Assembly: GCA_951406725.2 (NCBI GenBank)
Contig: OX597831.1
Span: forward strand, 7,936,001-8,000,000
Source of the DNA: Octopus vulgaris
Lineage: Eukaryota
DNA: 64,000 bases
Reading direction: 5' to 3'
The position numbers and the translations under genes were made by a program. The notes under the pieces were generated by a model. That model did not search any database, was not told the DNA's origin, and saw only the letters and a program-made list of their open reading frames with translations. Numbering within the stretch: the stretch's first letter is position 1; each line of letters begins with the position of its first letter. Below, piece after piece: positions 15,191 through 28,912 of the stretch.

Positions 15191-16265
15191 GGAAATAAAA
15201 CCAAATTCATTTTTTTCATGTGAAGCACCTTGGGAAAGAGGTTGATAAACATGAAATGAATTCATGTTCAGAGCACTAATATAATATAATGAAAAATAAT
15301 GATGGCTAAAATGAAAGACTGCTGGAAACTAAAATTATTTCATTCTTATTAAGGTAAATATACACATATATTTAATACATCATTTCTGAATGTCAGCTCA
15401 TGTTCTTAGCACTCTCAGCAATAAAATAACTGGTGTAAATAATTTCCTCAGAAAATTAGTTCCTTGTTACTGTTTATTTAAGCAGAAATTGATTGGTTAT
15501 AAAACTAGGGAAATATAAGGATTAACAGCAGAAGGGATCATGTTAAGAATTCTAATGAACCCTGCCTGGAAGAAACAAAATGAAGAGCTTTAATAAGCAA
15601 AGGTCGTGTTAAAAAACAATTATAATTAGCTTACAGAAATACCCATTTAATTAATAATAAAAATACTGTATGTACGTATGTATGCATGTATATATGACCA
15701 TGTGTGAGTTTTTATATTTATACACATATATATATTGGTCTCACAGAGGCAATGACGAAAGACCGAGATCTCTGGAGATATGCTGTGACTGCGAAGACCC
15801 GACAAATAACTTGAGTTCATGGCTGTTTCCTGCACCAGTTTCGCATAGCAGCCCCAGCCCATCCAAAGTACCTTGGGTCGCAGAACGAACTGCTGTGCTT
15901 ACCTTGGATCATAGGGTGACCTGCTGTGCTTGAAGAGACCTATTGAGTCAAGTACATCAAAATAAAAATCAAATGGAAATTGTAGTTGTCATACCTGTGC
16001 CGGTGGCATGTAAAAAGCACCATCCAAACGTGGCCGATGCCAGCGCTGCCTTGACTGGCTTCCATGCCGGTGGCACTTGCAAGCATGGAAAATGGACATT
16101 AAACGATGATGATGATGATGATGTATAATGAAAATTATCAAAGATTAGAGTTATCAAATTCTTTTAATATTTTGTTTACAATTGTTTCATCTTAACTATG
16201 GTCATTTACCCCAATTCACTTACTATATATATATATATATGCGTGTGTGTGTATGTACATATATG

Positions 16266-16298
<33 letters not shown>

Positions 16299-16808
16299 AG
16301 TATTTAGTTTCTCCCTTCTAGAGTCTCAGTTTAGTTCTTTTTGAGTTTAAATTTACCTTTCACCATTTCTTCCTAACGACATTTGATTTGTGCACTTAAA
16401 TGAATCGTATATTTAACAGTTATTGATTATCACAGATCATAGTTGCTGCTGCTGCTGAGGATAATGATGATGATGATGATGATAATAGTTGAAATTATTC
16501 AGAGAAAGAATTCTCACATTCATATCACTTTTATATTTTCTGTAAAAAATAGATCCTAGACAGAATCACATCCCATAGTTCAGGCTCCTTTTTGCTATAA
16601 CGCCATGGTTCCATAATGGTTTAATGGAAAAATGGTAAACTAGCACAATAGTATGACAGCATAATGGTATAATGACATGAGGTTTTTTTCTTCTTTCTTC
16701 CTCTCTTCTTTTCTTTTTCTTTCTTCCTTCTTTCCTTTCTTTCTCTCTTCCTTTCTTTCTTTCTTCCCTTTTCTTTTATGTTCTCTAAATAAGATTCCTT
16801 GCAACTAC

Positions 16809-16883
16809 TTATGTCTCCCATTCCATTGCTTTTACAAACTCTTCTTCTGTAAAAGTTAACATTTTTGAAGCTTCGATATGCAT
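16809..16883 (-). CDS. TEX9: TEX9 last coding exon (MHIEASKMLTFTEEEFVKAMEWET*)
   Basis: ttccag acceptor; TAA stop at 16809-16811; typical TEX9 C-terminus MHIEA.KML.FTEEEF.KA.EW. Confidence 0.95.
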   Translation of the reverse strand: MHIEASKMLTFTEEEFVKAMEWET

Positions 16884-18154
16884 CTGGAAATAAACGGGAA
16901 AATTACTGAAACATGTTATGAAGATATTCACACCATACACACACAAAAATAATCCTGTGTCTTTGGCATCACATGTTTAACAGGGTCAACTCAAATTCAG
17001 TGATATCTTGTTGTTATTGTTTATCCTCCTCCAAATTAACCCTGAACAAGCAAATCTATAATTAAACGTAAACTCCACCTTAAACCTCCCATCTTCTTCC
17101 TCTTCCCCTCTTCCTCTCATCTTCCATCTCCTCCCCCATTCTCTTCTGCCTCCCACCAGCTTGCAACCAAGATGCATTTCATCTTAATACACCAAGAATT
17201 TCTGATTCTCATTCGCTTTGCTAGTTCCTCAATTTCATGTTAGTGTCTGCCAATAACATTGATGTGACTGTGTGGTCTTCATCCTCTCTAAAATATAACA
17301 TCTAGTATGGCCTGATGTCCAGCATGATAGCTGCAGCCAGCAAAGCCTACACCTACTTTGAGCTGCAATAGCAGATGGTGTGTGCATCTTGAAATAGCTT
17401 CAAGACAGAATGGTCCCAGCTGGAAGACCTTTCATAGACCAGGACTAACCAATACTATGAAAGGTCTTCTAGCTACAACCAGTTGGTCCTTTTTATATCT
17501 AGAACTGCATGGTCCAATGCATCCTTCCATTTATAAGATAGTAATATGTGATTTGAGATATACTTAGCTGTTATTTCTTTCAGATTAAATGGCCAAATTG
17601 AGACTCCCAAATTCGCTGAGTTTTTTAAAATATATGATCAAGAGGGTGAGGTGAGGGTTACATCATTTGTTTTGTGTCTATAAATAGTTGACGATTCCCT
17701 AGATTTTTGATTCCAGTTGGCAATATTAGAGGAACTTTATTCAGCTGAGGTTGACTTTGCCTTTCATCCTTTTGGGGTCGATAAAAGAAATACCAGTTAA
17801 AGACTGGGGTCAATGTAATCAACCCAACCCCCTCCCTTGAATGTGCTGGCCTTGTGCCAAAATTTGAGACTAATATTAGGGGAAGTTTTTTTTTTTATTT
17901 TGTCAGAAGATGCAGAAATCTTTTATGGTCTCCAGTCAACAGCCCATATCATCAACAACATTCGCTAGTATGCCAGATGAAATGCTAAGCAGCATTTCAT
18001 CTATATTTATGCCCTAAGCTTAAATTCTGCTGAGATTGACTTTTTCAGGGTTGATAAAATAAGTATCAGTTAAACACTGGGGTTGATGTCACAAGCTCCC
18101 TCCCACAAAATTTCTGGCCTTGTGCCTATAATAGAAAGGATTATTATTATTATA

Positions 18155-18303
18155 TGAGGCAGTGGCTCTCATGGCTTCTCATTTTAACTGATTGGAAGTG
18201 TTATCATGTACAGTGTTTTGTCTTGATATAAAAGATGAGCTACAGCAAATATTCTGCTCAATACCACATATTTGCTTGTCAGTTAGTTGCTTGACCTTAA
18301 CCA

Positions 18304-18353
<50 letters not shown>

Positions 18354-19113
18354 GGTGGTGAGCTGGCAGAATCGTTAGCATGCTGAACAAAATGCTTAGC
18401 AGTATTTCGCCTGTTGCTGCATCCTGAGTTCAAATTCTGTTGAGGTGGACTTTGCCTTTCATCTTTTCAGGGTCAATGAATTAAATACCAGTGAAACACT
18501 GGGGTTGATATAATCAACTAGTCCCCCTCCCTAGAATTTCAGGCCTTGTGCCTTTAGTAGAAAGGATTATTATTATTATCATTATTGAATGAGAGTGCAG
18601 TGCATGCCATCAAAGTGACACTAGGGTAGGTAAAAATATATGAAGCCCAATATACCCATCATGACTACTCGTCTGATAAGGGTACACCAGGCACATGCAT
18701 CATAACCATATGTGCATGCACGACATTATCTGATATCAAAATAAACAGTGCATGACCTTGCAGGTAAGGCCCAGTTAGAATTTTCTTCAGGTTGAGTAGC
18801 CCATCCCACTCAAAAGGTCCCTGAATAAGAGTTGTTTAAGGATGTTGAATGAAACACCCATGTTTCCAGAGGTGAATTATTCAAACCCCAAAGAATCCCT
18901 CTCAAGACATGGCTATGATGCTCCCCCACCACTTCTGCTTATGATCAGAGATGCACATATCGTCAGCCACCAAGGGACATGCTCAACTGGTTAAAGTCAA
19001 ACTACTGACAAGCAAATCTGTGGAATTGAGCAGAATATTTGCTGTAGTCCATCTTTTATACCAAAACAAATCAATGTACATGATACCACTTCCAATCAGT
19101 TAAGATCAGAGCC
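18155..19113. mobile_element. MITE-like element with about 140-bp TIRs and a nested SINE
   Basis: 18165-18306 is the reverse complement of 18985-19113; SINE and (ATT)n inserted at 18307-18590. Confidence 0.75.
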
Positions 19114-19343
19114 TGCTGCATCATCATCGCCGCCGTCATTATTATTATTATTAAGCGGTGAGCTGGCTCTTTACTTTTTGAGTTCAAATTCTGTCACAGC
19201 CAACTTTGCCTTTCATCTTTCCTGGAGAGATAGAATAAAATTACCAGTCCAGGTCTAGTACTGTGGCCAATGGTACTGACTACCCCATACCTGTGTCTGA
19301 GGGGAAAGAAAAAAAATGAAAGAAAATTCTTCTGAAAACCTAC

Positions 19344-19478
19344 CTTCTGCTTTTTAAGAATATCAATTAATTTCATTTGTTTCCGAAAGCCAGTCATTAA
19401 TTCATTTTTTTGTTTCTCGAGCATCCGATTCTCAGCTAGAAGTTGCTCAATCCGTTTTTTGTCATTACTGCTGTGATC
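19344..19478 (-). CDS. TEX9: TEX9 coding exon 10 (DHSSNDKKRIEQLLAENRMLEKQKNELMTGFRKQMKLIDILKKQK)
   Basis: TAG acceptor and GTAGGT donor; 135 nt; conserved LEKQK.EL..GF.KQ.KLID.LK.QK motif. Confidence 0.95.
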
Positions 19479-20689
19479 CTATCGTTCCAAAATAAAACTG
19501 AGTGTCAGGAACTAAATGACGTGACATTAATTCACAAAATTGGGGAGGAGAAGATGGGGCAGATGGAAAGATCTTGTATTTTAGAACCGACCATGCAAGT
19601 CTATTTGTTTTGCTGCAGTCTTCCATTCATATTCCTGTTTGGCCCCCGTGTTGGTGGCACGTAAAAGCACCATCCGCTCGTGTCCGTTGCCAGCCTCGCC
19701 TGGCCCCCGTGCCGGTGACACGTAAAAGCACCATCCATTCGTGGCCGTTTGCCAGCTCTGTCTGGCACCTGTGCGGGTGGCACGTAAAAAGCACCCACTA
19801 CACTCACGGAGTGGTCGGCGTTAGGAAGGGCATCCAGCCATAGAAACACTGCCAGATCTGACTGGGCCTGATGAAGCCTTCCAGCTTCACAGACCCCAGT
19901 TGAACCATCCAACCCATGCTAGCATGGAAAACGGACGCTAAATGATGATGATGATGATGATGAAAAACATCATCATCATCATAACAACTACCACCATCAG
20001 CATCTTCCTCTTCTTCTCTGCAGTCCTTTCATCACAATCATCATCATCACTAATTTTATTCAGCTGAATACTCATCATTGATTGGTTGAAATTACTTTAA
20101 AATGAAATAACTTCGTAAATATAAACTTTTCGCAAAAACGCTAAGAGTAAAAGATGTTTTATATGACACATTCTACTAGTATACGAAGTTTGAAAGTGTT
20201 TAGTTACAAAAAAATTATTTTCTAAATCTACCGGTCAAAAGGTAAAGATCCGTTTTTCTCAGTTGATTTTTACATCTTTCACAGCAATGATAAGCATATA
20301 GTTGAAAGATACACACATTATCATCGTAATTGTTTTAACATCCATCTTTCCATGATGATTGCATGGGTCAGACAGAATTTGTTGAGGCAGATCTTCTTCT
20401 ATGTCTGGACGTCCTCTTTGGTGCCAACCCTCACTTGTTTCCAAGTAAGGCAATATTTTCCCTATGGCCAGACATGCTTTCATAGAAGGTTGAAAAGAAA
20501 TATGGGTGGGTGACACTAGTTTACAACAACAACATGGTGGCACTAACACACACACACACACACACACAGTGGTTATGGGGACGCTTATACAAGAATAAAT
20601 AGGCACCAAGTTAGTGCTCAAACAGTTCAAATCCTTAGAATCTAACTTGCTTTTATTGTTGGAAATTATTCCTTCTTTTGCACTTTACC

Positions 20690-20813
20690 CTTCTGAAGAT
20701 GCATGGGGGTAATGTTTAGATGCATGGAGGTAATGTTGTCTTATGATGTTTTCATCTAAAAGCATGTGTAATGATATTCACTATTCACTGGGTACATTGA
20801 AACAGCTGTAAAG
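20690..20813 (+). ncRNA. Degenerate hammerhead-like motif
   Basis: CTT-CTGAAGA...(about 100 nt, weak stem II)...GAAA-CAGCTG-TA-AAG; same stem III palindrome as the 52479 motif. Confidence 0.4.
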
Positions 20814-21371
20814 ATCTGATTATTCATGTAATATTAGGTAATAACTTATGTAAATATATTCCATACACCTATGATTGTTTACCCTTTCATATACATGCAA
20901 ATGCACACAATAGGCTTTGTTCATAACCAGAATATAATAAAAGACACTTGACCAAGGTGCCACACAGTGGAACTGAACCCAAAACCATGTGGTTGGGAAG
21001 TAAACCTCTTAACCACACAGTCATACGTTGATATGTAGCTGTTTTCTATCTCTGTGTGTATGTATATGTATGCAAGTGTGTGTGTGTGTGTGTGTGCATG
21101 CATGTATGATATGAAGTGCTTCTGCACAGTTTCCCTCTCCCAAATTCCACTTTCAGCTCATTGTTTATTTCAAGACTATGATAGAAAACACTTGTCCAAG
21201 ATAATACAAAATGGAAGGAAGTGAGAATCGTCCAGTTCTGGAGTAAATCCTTTGACCATGAGGCCATACCTGCATCCTTAATTGAGATGAAATAATTCTC
21301 GTGCTTCCTACAATCCAATGAGCTGAGAGACTCCCCCAAGTGGAATTGGTTGGTGTGTTGAAAAGATTTAC

Positions 21372-21506
21372 CTTAGCATCAGTTTTGGTCTTTTGAACTT
21401 GTTCTTTATATTTTTCCATTTCCTCAAGTGCTCGGTTCAAACGCACATCTGTGGCTTTATGTAAAGTACCTTCCTTTTTAAAATTTCGTTTTAAATGTTC
21501 CAACTC
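21372..21506 (-). CDS. TEX9: TEX9 coding exon 9 (ELEHLKRNFKKEGTLHKATDVRLNRALEEMEKYKEQVQKTKTDAK)
   Basis: CAG acceptor and GTAAAT donor; 135 nt; conserved VRLNRALEE.EKYK motif. Confidence 0.94.
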
Positions 21507-21807
21507 CTGTTCATGTCCAACCAAGGGCAAAAAAAAAATTTAGGAAAATATTATAATGTTTTTACTTCAGGAAATAAGACTTAATTTGCATAATTAACAG
21601 TTAGTGTGTTTAACAAGACATTTAAGCTATGAACTAAAAATGATAATTTGTTTATGTATCTGGTTTGTAAGATTCTTTATGTGTATTGAAACAAATTTTG
21701 TGTGTAGGGAAAGTCATCAGCGCACACAATGGTTCAATTCCACTCCTCTGTTATTAGTCAATAGGTTAAATATCTAAGTAGTTGATTTGGTTAAACAGTA
21801 AATCATT

Positions 21808-22089
21808 TTCTGTTGTGTCTGGGGAGAGTCATTTTCTTTTTGTGCCTTATTATTTAACACACTCACCGGTAAAATTTCCACTTTTTTTCATATTTTTATT
21901 TTCCTAAAATTTTCGTTGCATCTTGCAACCTTTTCAATAGTTTTGACTCTTTGAGAGTCAAAACTATTTTAGGAAAATAAAACTATTTTAGGAAAATAAA
22001 AATAAGAAAAAAAAGTGGAAATTTTACCAGTGAGTGTGTTATATTATAAGGCACAAAAAAGAAAATGACTCTCCCCAGACACAACAGAA
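21808..22089. repeat. Foldback repeat with about 100-bp arms and a central hairpin
   Basis: TTCTGTTGTGTCTGGGGAGAGTCATTTTC... pairs with ...GAAAATGACTCTCCCCAGACACAACAGAA; central AATAGTTTTGACTCT-ttg-AGAGTCAAAACTATT. Confidence 0.85.
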
Positions 22090-22989
22090 TATGCTTCAAC
22101 ACACGAACTCATATTTGTCTGACTGACAAAACAACAATTTCTCTTTCTACTTCAACAATGAACGATTTAGTGAAACCTGCTGAAAATAAAAGACTTTGTT
22201 GTTTATTTCAAAAGTATTTAAATTTCCAAAGTAACATCAAACTTTCTGGCATGGAAAAGGGACAAAAGGGACATAAACAGCATGCAAAGAAAAATATTAA
22301 CTAAGGTGCAAATGTGAGAATATGATAAAGAAGCTTTCTTTCCAATTAGGTGATTCAGGTTCAATCCTAGTGTGTGACACCTTGAGCAAGTGTCATCTTC
22401 TACAATAGCCTTCAGTTGACCAAAGCCTTTGTGATGGATTTGGTAGATGGAAACTGTGTGGAAGTCTGTCGTGTGTGTGTGTGTGCATGTGTCTGTGTAC
22501 ATGTGTGTCTGTGTACATGTGTGTGTGCGTGTATTTGTCCCACTGCTTGACAACTGGTGTTGTTTTATTTACATCCACATAACCTAGTGATTCACCAAAA
22601 GAGACCAATATAATTTGTAACCTTTCTTTTCAAATAATTACAATTGCTGGACATAACACAACGTTCGTTAATAGTTGCATAATGAACATGTTTTGAATTG
22701 TATCTCGAGTCATTAACCGTTTCTATAATTAAGATCCAGGCAAAGCAGATAATCATTAAATTGTTTCCTTATTAATCAGGAGCCCTTAAGCAGACAGAAT
22801 TAAATACCAATGCATAGAGTTTAACACTTACAATGCGTTCCTAAGAATTATTGGTACTCTATCCCTTTTAGAGACACAATGGCTACGAATCCAGGGAGTG
22901 GTTGTTGTTTAGCCTTCATTGAGCAGACAGACTTATGAACAAAGGCATTCCAACCATGACTGTCCATCTTTTTTTAGGAATACACAGGA

Positions 22990-23435
22990 TTAGAGTCCAC
23001 AACAGAATCCAGTCTTTGTTACAGCTTATATGCCTCAGTGTGACCCTGAGAGCTCTGTGCCAGTGAAGTGCAAGCTCTTGGTAGGGCCTCCCATGCAGGA
23101 CAGATCAAAGGATATGGGCCACACTATCATGGGCTACCTCTTCCCATAATTAAAAATGGGTTTGCATAGGGCCAGTTCACCTACTTACAAAAGCGTTGAT
23201 GACAATTGAAAAGCAACAAGACCTGGGAAAGAAAGGTCTTCCCTCAGGGAAACATGAACCCACAAGGGAGGCAGAAGAGATGATGCCCTAAAAATAGATG
23301 GAGAGGGGATACAGAGGCAGAGCTGAAAAAGCAGGGAACCAACCGGAGAGACACAGAGAAGACATCCCAGAGTCAAGAACAGTGGAGAAGTCATTGATCA
23401 CTTACAATCCATCAGGAGTGTAGAACTTAAGTAAA
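22990..23435 (+). mobile_element. Short RTE-derived bipartite element (5' part fused to ORF 3' end)
   Basis: 3' part encodes WRGDTEAELKKQGTNRRDTEKTSQSQEQWRS, like the RTE C-terminus; related copy on the minus strand at about 54255-54620. Confidence 0.55.
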
Positions 23436-23604
23436 TTTGTACTCCACTATTAGAGGACAAAGACCACTCAAACTAGACTGATGTTATAGTTACAGACACA
23501 TGTGGTGGTGAATGGACATTCCTGGAGCAGCATCATTAAATGGATCTTGTTTGTGACCATTTGAAGAAGAATCTAATGAAATAATAATCCAAATCTATGC
23601 TTAC

Positions 23605-23778
23605 TCTTTTCTGGGTAACTACTTGGGTTTCCAGTCCTTCAATTCTTTGTTTACCATCGTCAATCAGTTTCTTGTAGTTTTCCAGTTGAGTGAGTTGATT
23701 GCTGCTCATGCGCTGCAGTCGGCTACGCTCCTCATCCATTTGTTTCACTTGCTCTTGAAGCTTTGTCCGGTCCTCCTC
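23605..23778 (-). CDS. TEX9: TEX9 coding exon 8, coiled coil (EEDRTKLQEQVKQMDEERSRLQRMSSNQLTQLENYKKLIDDGKQRIEGLETQVVTQKR)
   Basis: ttttcag acceptor and GTAAGC donor; 174 nt, phase 0 to 0. Confidence 0.92.
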
Positions 23779-26700
23779 CTGAAAATAACAATTGGAGATT
23801 AAATTACTAATTAACTTTGAGTATTACTAATTAATGTAAAGCGACAAGCTTGTTAACATGTCAGAGAAAAAGCATAGAGGTATTTCTTCGGCAAGCTGGC
23901 AGAAACGTTAGCACGCCGGGCGAAATGTGTAGCCGTATTTGGTCTGCCGTTACGTTCTGAGTTCAAATTCTGCCGAGGGCGACTTTGCCTGTCATCCTTT
24001 CGGGGTTGATTAAATAAGTACCAGTTACGCACTGGGGTCGATGTAATCGACTTAATCCTTTTGTCTGTCTTTGTCCTCTCTGTGTTTAGCCCCTTGTGGG
24101 TAGTAAAGAAATAGGTATTTCTTCTGGCTTTGCATTCTGGGTTCAAATCCTGTCTAGATTGACTCTGCCCGTCATCCTTTTGGGGGTCAATAAAATAAGT
24201 ACCAGTTGAATACTGGGGTTGGTGTAATTAACCACCCTTCTCCCACTAAAATTGTTGGCCTTGCTCCAAACTATGAAACAATAATTACTAAGTAATCTTT
24301 AATTAATAGATACCTCCACCTCCCCACTTCGATGGGGAACATTTTACTTCGACATTCTCCATTTTATCTTTGTTATCTTCCATCTTTCATCTTTTACTTG
24401 TTTCAGCTATTGGGCTGTGGCCATGCTGGAGCACTATCTTGAATGCTTTAGTCAAACCAACTAACCCTTTCTGTTTTTTAAGTCTAGTACTTACTATATT
24501 ACTCTCTTTTGCTGAGCTGCTAACTTATGGGGACATCAACAAACCAACACCAGTTGTCAAGCAGGGGTGGGGGAATAAATACAACATAACCACAAAGACA
24601 CACACACACACACAACAAGCTTCTTCTAGTGTCCATTTCTTTTTCTTTAAATCTTAGATTTACATTGGTATAGTTATAATTCTATAATATATGGATTAGG
24701 ATTAGACTAATTCCCTCACTAGCTGATGGAAACCTACTACAGGTGACCATGAAACTCAGCACCACCTGCTCATGGTCAAGTGGTCAGCCACACAATTGGG
24801 CTCTGTACCAGGGTGGCCCAAGTGAAGAGAGATTGTGAGCAGCAAGATTAAAAACAACAAAACCTGTCAAAAGCAAAGGAACTCTTTGAGAGTTAATGGC
24901 ACCAATATCCTGAGGGGTGGGGATGGGCAGGCACCATTTGGATTACCAAGGTTAATGAAACACTTGAATGGAAGTTACACTCATTTAATTCTGTATCAGA
25001 CTGGTTGGAACTTGGAATGACGCTCAAGAGCAAAAAGTGTGGAAAAGCAGTTTGGAAAAGTGTCCTGAGCCCCAGGACCCATAACACTGAAGCTTAACCC
25101 AGTTTACAGGTGTCTGAGTAACACTCCCCCCACTTTTCAGGGTTAACTTCCCAGTTATTGTTGGAGCACATTTACGGCTGAGTGGACTAGGGTAACATGA
25201 AATGAAGGATTTTGCTCAAGAACACAATCACACCACCCAGTTTGGGAAATGAAACTACGATCTTACAATCATGAACACCCTAACCACAATGCCATCCACC
25301 TTCACATGGAATGGTTTGGTAACAAAATAATCCAGGTGCCCTGATGGCAGAAATGTTCAGGGATAAACTTGTCTTGTATTATGATCCCTTTCATAAATAA
25401 CCTTTGACCTTTCTATATCAATGTGTCATTATAAAGTTCTCTTAAAAAGAAACACAACATGATATCTAACTTCCCTCTCTAAACGCTCCGCCATTTACTG
25501 TAAGGCTGAGCTTCAGAAGTATCTTGGAAATAATACATGGGTTTATTATACATATATTTATTTCTAGAATTCTGTTCATCTTTCAGTTTCTCATCTTCTA
25601 TTTTGAATCAACAACGAAGTCAATGAGACAATCTTTTGAGCTAACAAAGAGGTGCCTCTATGCAGTCACTCACCTTGCTAGAAATAGTAGAGAAATATCT
25701 CTTAAAATACACCTAGGTGTCTTTTAATCCATTTTGATACCAACCCACCTGAGATTGTCCCTGCTTCAAGCATACAATAATTCCTTTTTTAAAGTTATCT
25801 CAATTGAAATCCTCCATTGTAATTTCATGATAATTTATGTCGTAAGCACTGGCGTAATAAAAAGAATGACAATTATTCACCTAAATTCTTTATTATTTTC
25901 AAACTTAATTGAAATCTTTCTCAAATTAGACCTAATTTTTTCAAAAAAGAACATACTGGAACATGAAAAATGGTAGCCAAATCTTCCTCAAATAACACTC
26001 CATTATCTGAAAACTGGAGAAATGTTGGACAATGTTTGTCTTAAACAAAAGATAGAATGGTTGGCAATGAGAAGAATATTGTCGATTGAGATCTGTTTGG
26101 TACCCAACAACTTCATTTCTTTTACAATAATTTCTATAGAAAATTCCTCTCTCTTCCAGTTTCATTGAATAGTAATTCCTGAAGCAAAACTCAGAAAAGT
26201 GGTTGAGAACTCAAATGCTGTTCTTCAATGAATAAGAGACAATTGGTTACCTGGTTGTTTAACCCCAAGTCAACACTGACCTATGATCAAAAGTGTTCCA
26301 ACTATGACCATCCAGTTGTCTTTTTTTAGAGTTAGTAGTATACCTGAGATTGTGTTCAACAAGGTTTCTCCTAACCCTTTCTTTTTCAGACACAAATACA
26401 TGATTCAAGAGAGATTTAACTGCTATTTTTATTATATCAAGTGACTGCATAGAGACTCCTTCATTATCTTGAAAGTAGTTTCCAAATGAACTTCTTAGTT
26501 TGTATCCCATTATTCAGACATATTTCACTCCATGACTTTGATTAACTCTACAAAATCCAATTTCCAAATTCCATCTGTAGAGTTGACAGCCTCTCAAACT
26601 CAGATCTCTCCACTAAACTTCAGACTACTTCTCTCTCAATGACTTGATCTGAAAATGTTAGTTTGATCACAGACAACCGAAGGAGAATATTAACTGTATC

Positions 26701-27019
26701 AACCTAAGCATCCGTTTCACTCCTCTATATCAAGCAATACTCGACAAGTTTTCAACAAATAACAACCATTTTGGTTTGGTAAAATCTTAGTTTTTAATTT
26801 TAACCATATCATTCAAGGAAATCTAAGTTTTTCTTTTGAGACGTATAAGAAATTACAATGTGTTAAAAAAGAAAAAAACAGAAATAAGAATGAAAAGATA
26901 CGATAATATTCTTCGTACATGTTTCTTTTCAAGAATTCTATCTGCAGGAATATGTTTAATATTCTGATTTTATGGGATTAAACAGTTTTGTAAAAGACTA
27001 TAATTACATGTGCACTCAC

Positions 27020-27102
27020 CTTTTTCTCACACTGCTGTGATAGATTTTCTAATTCTTCCTGCATCACTCTTAACTTTGCTTTTAGAAAACGAATTATGGC
27101 TT
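27020..27102 (-). CDS. TEX9: TEX9 coding exon 7 (EAIIRFLKAKLRVMQEELENLSQQCEKK)
   Basis: tttcag acceptor and GTGAGT donor; 83 nt, phase 1 to 0; matches the conserved TEX9 IRFLKAKL.VMQEEL motif. Confidence 0.93.
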
Positions 27103-28712
27103 CTGAAAGAGATGCAACCAAATCATTTACAGTAAGCTGTCAATTGTTAACGCCAAAACTAAATGTACATTTTGTTACATCAGAGAATGCCTGTATTATG
27201 GAAACACAAGAGAATAATTGTGTCACAATAAGTCTGTAGTTACTTTTTATTTATTCAGGTGAATTACAGCTCACTGGCTTTTCACTCTCTGTTTCCTGTG
27301 TAGCTGCAAGCTGTACTGACAACATAATGGGCTTACCACCGCCTAGCTTACTTATAACACTCACTTTGTCTACCTATCGATCTGTCTGTCTGCCTGCCTG
27401 CCTGTTTGTCTATCTCTGCTTATCTGTCTATTTGTCTGTCTATCTGTCTCTGTCTCTCTATCTCTCTCTCTCTCATACACATCTTCTTTCAGCAATTCTA
27501 AATTTCTTTGCAAATATTAATTACTTCTGCCAACCACTATGTGCACATCAGGTGGGCACAGAACTGTCCCCCACCACACACACACACACACACACCTGAT
27601 TCTAATGATACAAAATTCCCATTTAAAGTAACCTAAATTCTAACCGTCCATGAATGACAAAGTTCTTTCACTAAATTCTTTAATATTTTCAAAATGATTT
27701 GCAATGAAGACAAAGTATTTCAATGGAATTATGGTAATAAAAAGGATTTGGAGAACATTTAATAATAATTTGATGAAACCAAGTTAAAAAGAACATTTAA
27801 AAAAAAATTTTCAAATTTTGGAATTCTGATCTTTAATTTCTTTATTTGTTCCAAAAGCACAGAATGGGTTATAGTTTGATAAATTCAAATGCAAGAACAG
27901 TGATTGATACCCCATTGGAATTGTATTCATGGTGCCAGCATAATAAAAACATTTTCTAGTTTTTGGAGTCTAGAACCTAATTTCCATAGACAGGAATTTT
28001 GAGTGAAAACTCCATGAAGGGTGATATAGTTTGATAAATTCAAATGTGAAAATAATGGTTGATACTTTGATGGAATCATATTCATGCCAACTTAAAAGAG
28101 AAAAATATTCTAAAAACATATTGAAGACACAGGCGTGGGTGAGTGGTTAAGAAGCTTGTTTCACAACCAGGTGGTCTCGTGTTCAATTCCATTGCATGGT
28201 ACCTTGGGCAAGAGTCTTTTACTATTGCCTCAGGCTGAACAAAGCTTTGTGAGTAGATTTGGTAGATGGAAACTGAAAGGATCCCATCTCATATAATGCC
28301 TGTATATGTTTGTGTATAGCCCTGTCTTGGCATCGTGTAATGGTTGTGTGCCATGAAAAAAATATTTTCTTGCTTAAAAACAGTTGAAGGTTGGTGACAG
28401 GAAGGGCATTTGGCAGTAGAAAATCTGCATTAACAAAGTTCATCTGACCCCATTCAAGCATGGAAGAATGGATGTTAAAATAATGATGAGGAGGAGGAGA
28501 AGGTTAATGAGGAAACAAGAGGTCTAAAGTTTGCAAACTTCCTGTCATTGCTATTTACCAATGCAAACTGCCACTAGTTTTCTGGGACTCTGCTTTTCTG
28601 TCCAACTTCCAAATTTCCAATTTTGACCCTTGACTCATATGGACTCCATCTCATTGATTGTCAGTGAGAAAAAGAGGGATAAAAAGAAAAGACAACAGAA
28701 GCAAAGTTGTAC

Positions 28713-28912
28713 CTGAGCCTATTTCATTAAGAGTAGGAGGTAGAATATCATCAACTTGCTGTGAGGAGTCAATAGAAGGGTTCAAATCAGTGTCAGCTTG
28801 TTGTTGGTCAGAGATCTGTTGGAAAGTGTCCTGTAGGTCGTTGAGGTACGTTTCATCAGGAACGGCAACATCATCAGCCAGGTTTAATTTTGAACTTGTT
28901 GGTTTGGCCCTT
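28713..28912 (-). CDS. TEX9: TEX9 coding exon 6 (RAKPTSSKLNLADDVAVPDETYLNDLQDTFQQISDQQQADTDLNPSIDSSQQVDDILPPTLNEIGS)
   Basis: tttttcag acceptor and GTACAA donor; 200 nt, phase 2 to 1; lies within ORF 28651..28935. Confidence 0.88.
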
